A DNA stretch of 64,000 bases from Treponema sp. (GTDB taxonomy: Bacteria; Spirochaetota; Spirochaetia; Treponematales; Treponemataceae): assembly GCA_017550685.1 (NCBI GenBank), contig JAFZOJ010000121.1:2046-66045 (forward strand). The letters are read 5' to 3'. Shown here piece by piece: positions 61,342 to 64,000 of this stretch. The position numbers and the translations under genes were made by a program. Position 1 is the stretch's first letter, and each line of letters opens with the position of its first letter. The notes beneath the pieces are model-generated. The model saw only the letters and a program-made list of their open reading frames with translations, made no database searches and was not told the origin of the DNA.

Positions 61342-61432
61342 ATGCTGAATCAAGTTCAGCATGACAAAAAACGAATGCTGAAACAGCTCAGCATGACAAC
61401 AAATGAGATGCCGAACCAAGTTCGGCATGACA
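61342..61432 (+). repeat. three tandem family-1-type hairpins forming the 5' UTR of the cellobiose phosphorylase gene
   Basis: ATGCTGAA-TCAAG-TTCAGCAT-GACA (61342..61366). ATGCTGA-AACAGC-TCAGCAT-GACA (61375..61398). ATGCCGAA-CCAAG-TTCGGCAT-GACA (61408..61432). Confidence 0.85.
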
Positions 61433-61454
61433 CTAATTTTTCAGGAGCCTCCAG

Positions 61455-63932
61455 ATGAAATTTGGACACTTTGATGACGCCAACCGCGAGTATGTAATTG
61501 AGACACCTCGCACACCTTACCCTTGGATCAATTATCTTGGTACACAGGGATTTTTCTCTTTGATTTCCAATACTGCAGGAGGTTACTGCTTTTATAAAGA
61601 CGCACGCCTTCGCAGAATTACACGTTACCGCTACAACAACGTACCTATCGACATGGGCGGACGTTATTTTTATATCAATGACAATGGTACAATCTGGAAT
61701 CCGGGCTGGTCTCCTGTAAAAACTGAACTTGATGCCTACGAATGCCGCCATGGTATGGGCTATACAATCATCACCGGTAAGAAAAACGACCTTAAAGCAC
61801 AGGTTTCTTTCTTTGTTCCTCAGGATTATGATGGCGAAGTTCAGCAGGTTGTTCTTACAAACGAAGGCAGCAGCACCAAAACCTTTAAGTTCTGGTCATT
61901 TGCTGAATGGTGTCTCTGGGACGCTCAGGATGACTGCACAAACTTCCAGCGTAACTTTTCTACAGGCCGCGTAGAAATTAAGGGCTCTACAATTTATCAC
62001 AAAACTGAATACCGCGACCGCAGAAATCACTTTGCTTTTTATACTGTGAATGATTCAATCGACGGCTACGATACAGACCGCGACACTTTTATCGGGCTTT
62101 ATAACGGCTTCCACAATCCTCAGGCTGTTCTTGACGGAAAGTGCGGCAACTCACTTGCAGACGGATGGTCTCCAATTGCTTCACACTTTAAGGAAATTAC
62201 TCTCAAGGCCGGTGAATCAAAGACTCTGGTATTTATCCTCGGCTATGTAGAAATGCCTCAGGACAAAAAGTTTGAAGCAGACGGCAAGACAATCAACAAA
62301 GAAAAAGCTCTTGCCATGATTGAAAAATACAACACTCCGGAAAAGTTTGCTGCCGGAATGAAAGAACTCCGCGCTTACTGGGATAAGCTCCTTGGCATCC
62401 TCAATGTAAACACTCCGGAAGACAAAGTTAATCGCATGGTAAACATCTGGAACCAGTATCAGTGTATGGTTACATTCAACCTTTCCCGATCTGCCAGTTA
62501 CTTTGAAAGCGGAATTGGTCGTGGTATGGGCTTCCGCGATTCTAACCAGGATATTCTTGGCTTTGTTCATCAGATTCCTGACCGCGCCCGCGAACGCCTT
62601 ATCGACATTGCAGCAACTCAGCTTGAAGACGGCGGATGTTACCATCAGTACCAGCCACTTACAAAGAAGGGTAATGCAGACATTGGCGGCGACTTCTCTG
62701 ATGACCCTCTGTGGATGATTCTTTCTGTGTCTAGCTACATCAAGGAAACAGGCGACTGGTCAATCCTGGACGCAAAGGTTCCTTATGACAACGATGAGTC
62801 TAAGGCTAAATCAATGCTCGACCACCTTACAGTAAGCTTCTACCACATTGTAAACAACAAGGGCCCACACGGACTTCCTCTTGCAATGCGTGCTGACTGG
62901 AATGACTGTATCAACCTTTCATGCTTCTCTGATACACCGGGAGAAAGCTTCCAGACCTATACAAACCCTAAGTTCAAGGCAGAAGGCGGCTACTCAAAGG
63001 TTGCAGAATCTGTATTCGTAGCAGCCCTCTTTACATATGTTGGACCAAACTTTGTAGGAATCCTCAATCATCTGGGCAAGACCGACGAAGCCGCTAAAGC
63101 TCAGGCAGAAATTGACAAGATGAAGAAGGTTATGATGGACAGCGCCTGGGACGGCAACTGGTTTATGCGTGCTTATGACGCTAACGGCCAGAAGATGGGT
63201 TCTAAGGAATGCGAAGAAGGACAGATCTTTATCGAGCCACAGGGCTTTGCAATCATGTCTGATATCGACAAGGACGCTGCAAAGAAGACTCTTGCCGCAA
63301 TTGATGAGCGCCTGAACACAAAGCACGGTCTTGTTTTGAACAACCCTGCATTCTCTAAGTACTATATCCAGTACGGTGAGATTTCTACATATCCGGGCGG
63401 ATACAAAGAAAATGCCGGTATCTTTACTCACAACAACGCATGGATTATCTGTGCTGCAGCTTATGCCGGCCAAGGTGACCAGGCATTCAAGTACTACTCC
63501 GAAATTGCACCTGCCTTTACCGAAGAAACTTCTGATATTCACAAGACAGAACCTTATGTTTACGGCCAGATGATCGGCGGTAAGGACGCTGGTTCTGATA
63601 TCGGCCAGACAGGCAAAAACTTTGGTCAGGGTAAAAACTCTTGGCTTACAGGTACAGCTGCCTGGAACATGGTTGCAATCAGCCAGTACATTCTTGGTAT
63701 TCAGCCGGACTTTGACGGTCTTAAGGTAGATCCTTCTATCCCTGCCAACTGGGACGGATTTACAGCTACCCGCCTCTTCCGCGGTGCCCGCTACAACATC
63801 ACAATCAAAAACCCAGGCCACGTTTGCAAGGGCGTAAAGAGCATGGTTGTAGATGGTCAAGCCGTTGAAGGCTGCGTAGTGCCGTTTGTTGAAGGTAAAA
63901 AAGAAGTTAATGTAGAGATTACATTAGGTTAA
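61455..63932 (+). CDS. cellobiose phosphorylase (glycoside hydrolase family 94)
   Basis: 825 aa with AGGAG Shine-Dalgarno. [29 protein letters not shown] is the characteristic N-terminus. The size fits. Confidence 0.88.
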   Translation: MKFGHFDDANREYVIETPRTPYPWINYLGTQGFFSLISNTAGGYCFYKDARLRRITRYRYNNVPIDMGGRYFYINDNGTIWNPGWSPVKTELDAYECRHGMGYTIITGKKNDLKAQVSFFVPQDYDGEVQQVVLTNEGSSTKTFKFWSFAEWCLWDAQDDCTNFQRNFSTGRVEIKGSTIYHKTEYRDRRNHFAFYTVNDSIDGYDTDRDTFIGLYNGFHNPQAVLDGKCGNSLADGWSPIASHFKEITLKAGESKTLVFILGYVEMPQDKKFEADGKTINKEKALAMIEKYNTPEKFAAGMKELRAYWDKLLGILNVNTPEDKVNRMVNIWNQYQCMVTFNLSRSASYFESGIGRGMGFRDSNQDILGFVHQIPDRARERLIDIAATQLEDGGCYHQYQPLTKKGNADIGGDFSDDPLWMILSVSSYIKETGDWSILDAKVPYDNDESKAKSMLDHLTVSFYHIVNNKGPHGLPLAMRADWNDCINLSCFSDTPGESFQTYTNPKFKAEGGYSKVAESVFVAALFTYVGPNFVGILNHLGKTDEAAKAQAEIDKMKKVMMDSAWDGNWFMRAYDANGQKMGSKECEEGQIFIEPQGFAIMSDIDKDAAKKTLAAIDERLNTKHGLVLNNPAFSKYYIQYGEISTYPGGYKENAGIFTHNNAWIICAAAYAGQGDQAFKYYSEIAPAFTEETSDIHKTEPYVYGQMIGGKDAGSDIGQTGKNFGQGKNSWLTGTAAWNMVAISQYILGIQPDFDGLKVDPSIPANWDGFTATRLFRGARYNITIKNPGHVCKGVKSMVVDGQAVEGCVVPFVEGKKEVNVEITLG

Positions 63933-63940
63933 AAAAAGAA

Positions 63941-63968
63941 ATCCCCGGTCAAATCCGGGGATTTTTTT
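63941..63968 (+). terminator. rho-independent terminator after cellobiose phosphorylase
   Basis: ATCCCCGG-TCAAAT-CCGGGGAT followed by TTTTTTT. Confidence 0.85.
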
Positions 63969-64000
63969 ATTCCACTATAAACTTGCTTTTGTCTGCCCCG

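Noticed and set aside
1-64000. Prophage, integrative element or classical IS within the window
   Set aside because: No integrase, transposase (other than the Rpn-family nuclease), phage structural genes or att-like long direct repeats were seen. Gene content is housekeeping and catabolic throughout.

Overview
Gene-dense chromosomal segment with about 56 CDS. Gene content suggests a saccharolytic Treponema-like spirochaete (FliL-like, OmpA/FlgD-Ig, ThyX and DUF4954 proteins; GH2/27/43/51/94 enzymes). That assignment is inference only.

Housekeeping genes: leuA fragment, tRNA-Asn, 5-formyl-THF cyclo-ligase, hflX, thyX, purC, purB, prfA-prmC, rel, a sirtuin and a phosphohexomutase.

Carbohydrate genes:
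- A GH43-GH27-GH2-MFS operon.
- A YtfQRT/YjfF-like ABC transporter next to a membrane-anchored YtfQ-like sensor, a histidine kinase and an AraC-type response regulator.
- GH51 and cellobiose phosphorylase.

Signalling genes: an RsbU/RsbW/RsbV-type partner-switching module, an HD-GYP protein and an EAL-GGDEF protein.

Envelope genes: an OmpA protein with a porin-like partner, and a predicted beta-barrel followed by two paralogous lipoproteins.

RNA elements not in the ORF track: a small SRP RNA (23431..23527, minus), a probable preQ1-I riboswitch upstream of yhhQ, and a GC-rich structured leader upstream of purC.

The most unusual content is two related families of short hairpin repeats, each with a conserved loop and compensatory stem changes:
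- Family 1 is AT-stem-TCAAG-stem-AT-GACA. It has about 18 hairpins plus about a dozen half-units.
- Family 2 is GGTCCC-TGAGGCTCTCGAAG-GGCCC, at about 12 loci.
- Family 1 copies abut the stop codons of six unrelated genes and form the whole 5' UTR of the cellobiose phosphorylase gene.
- Family 1 copies bracket a stand-alone GIY-YIG nuclease gene in inverted arrays.
- Family 2 copies occur in-frame inside three intact CDS.

A separate 352-bp array of ACACGCG/CGCGTGT half-sites, phased every 63 bp, lies between the glycosidase operon and purC.

All functional calls rest on recalled family signatures. No database search was possible.
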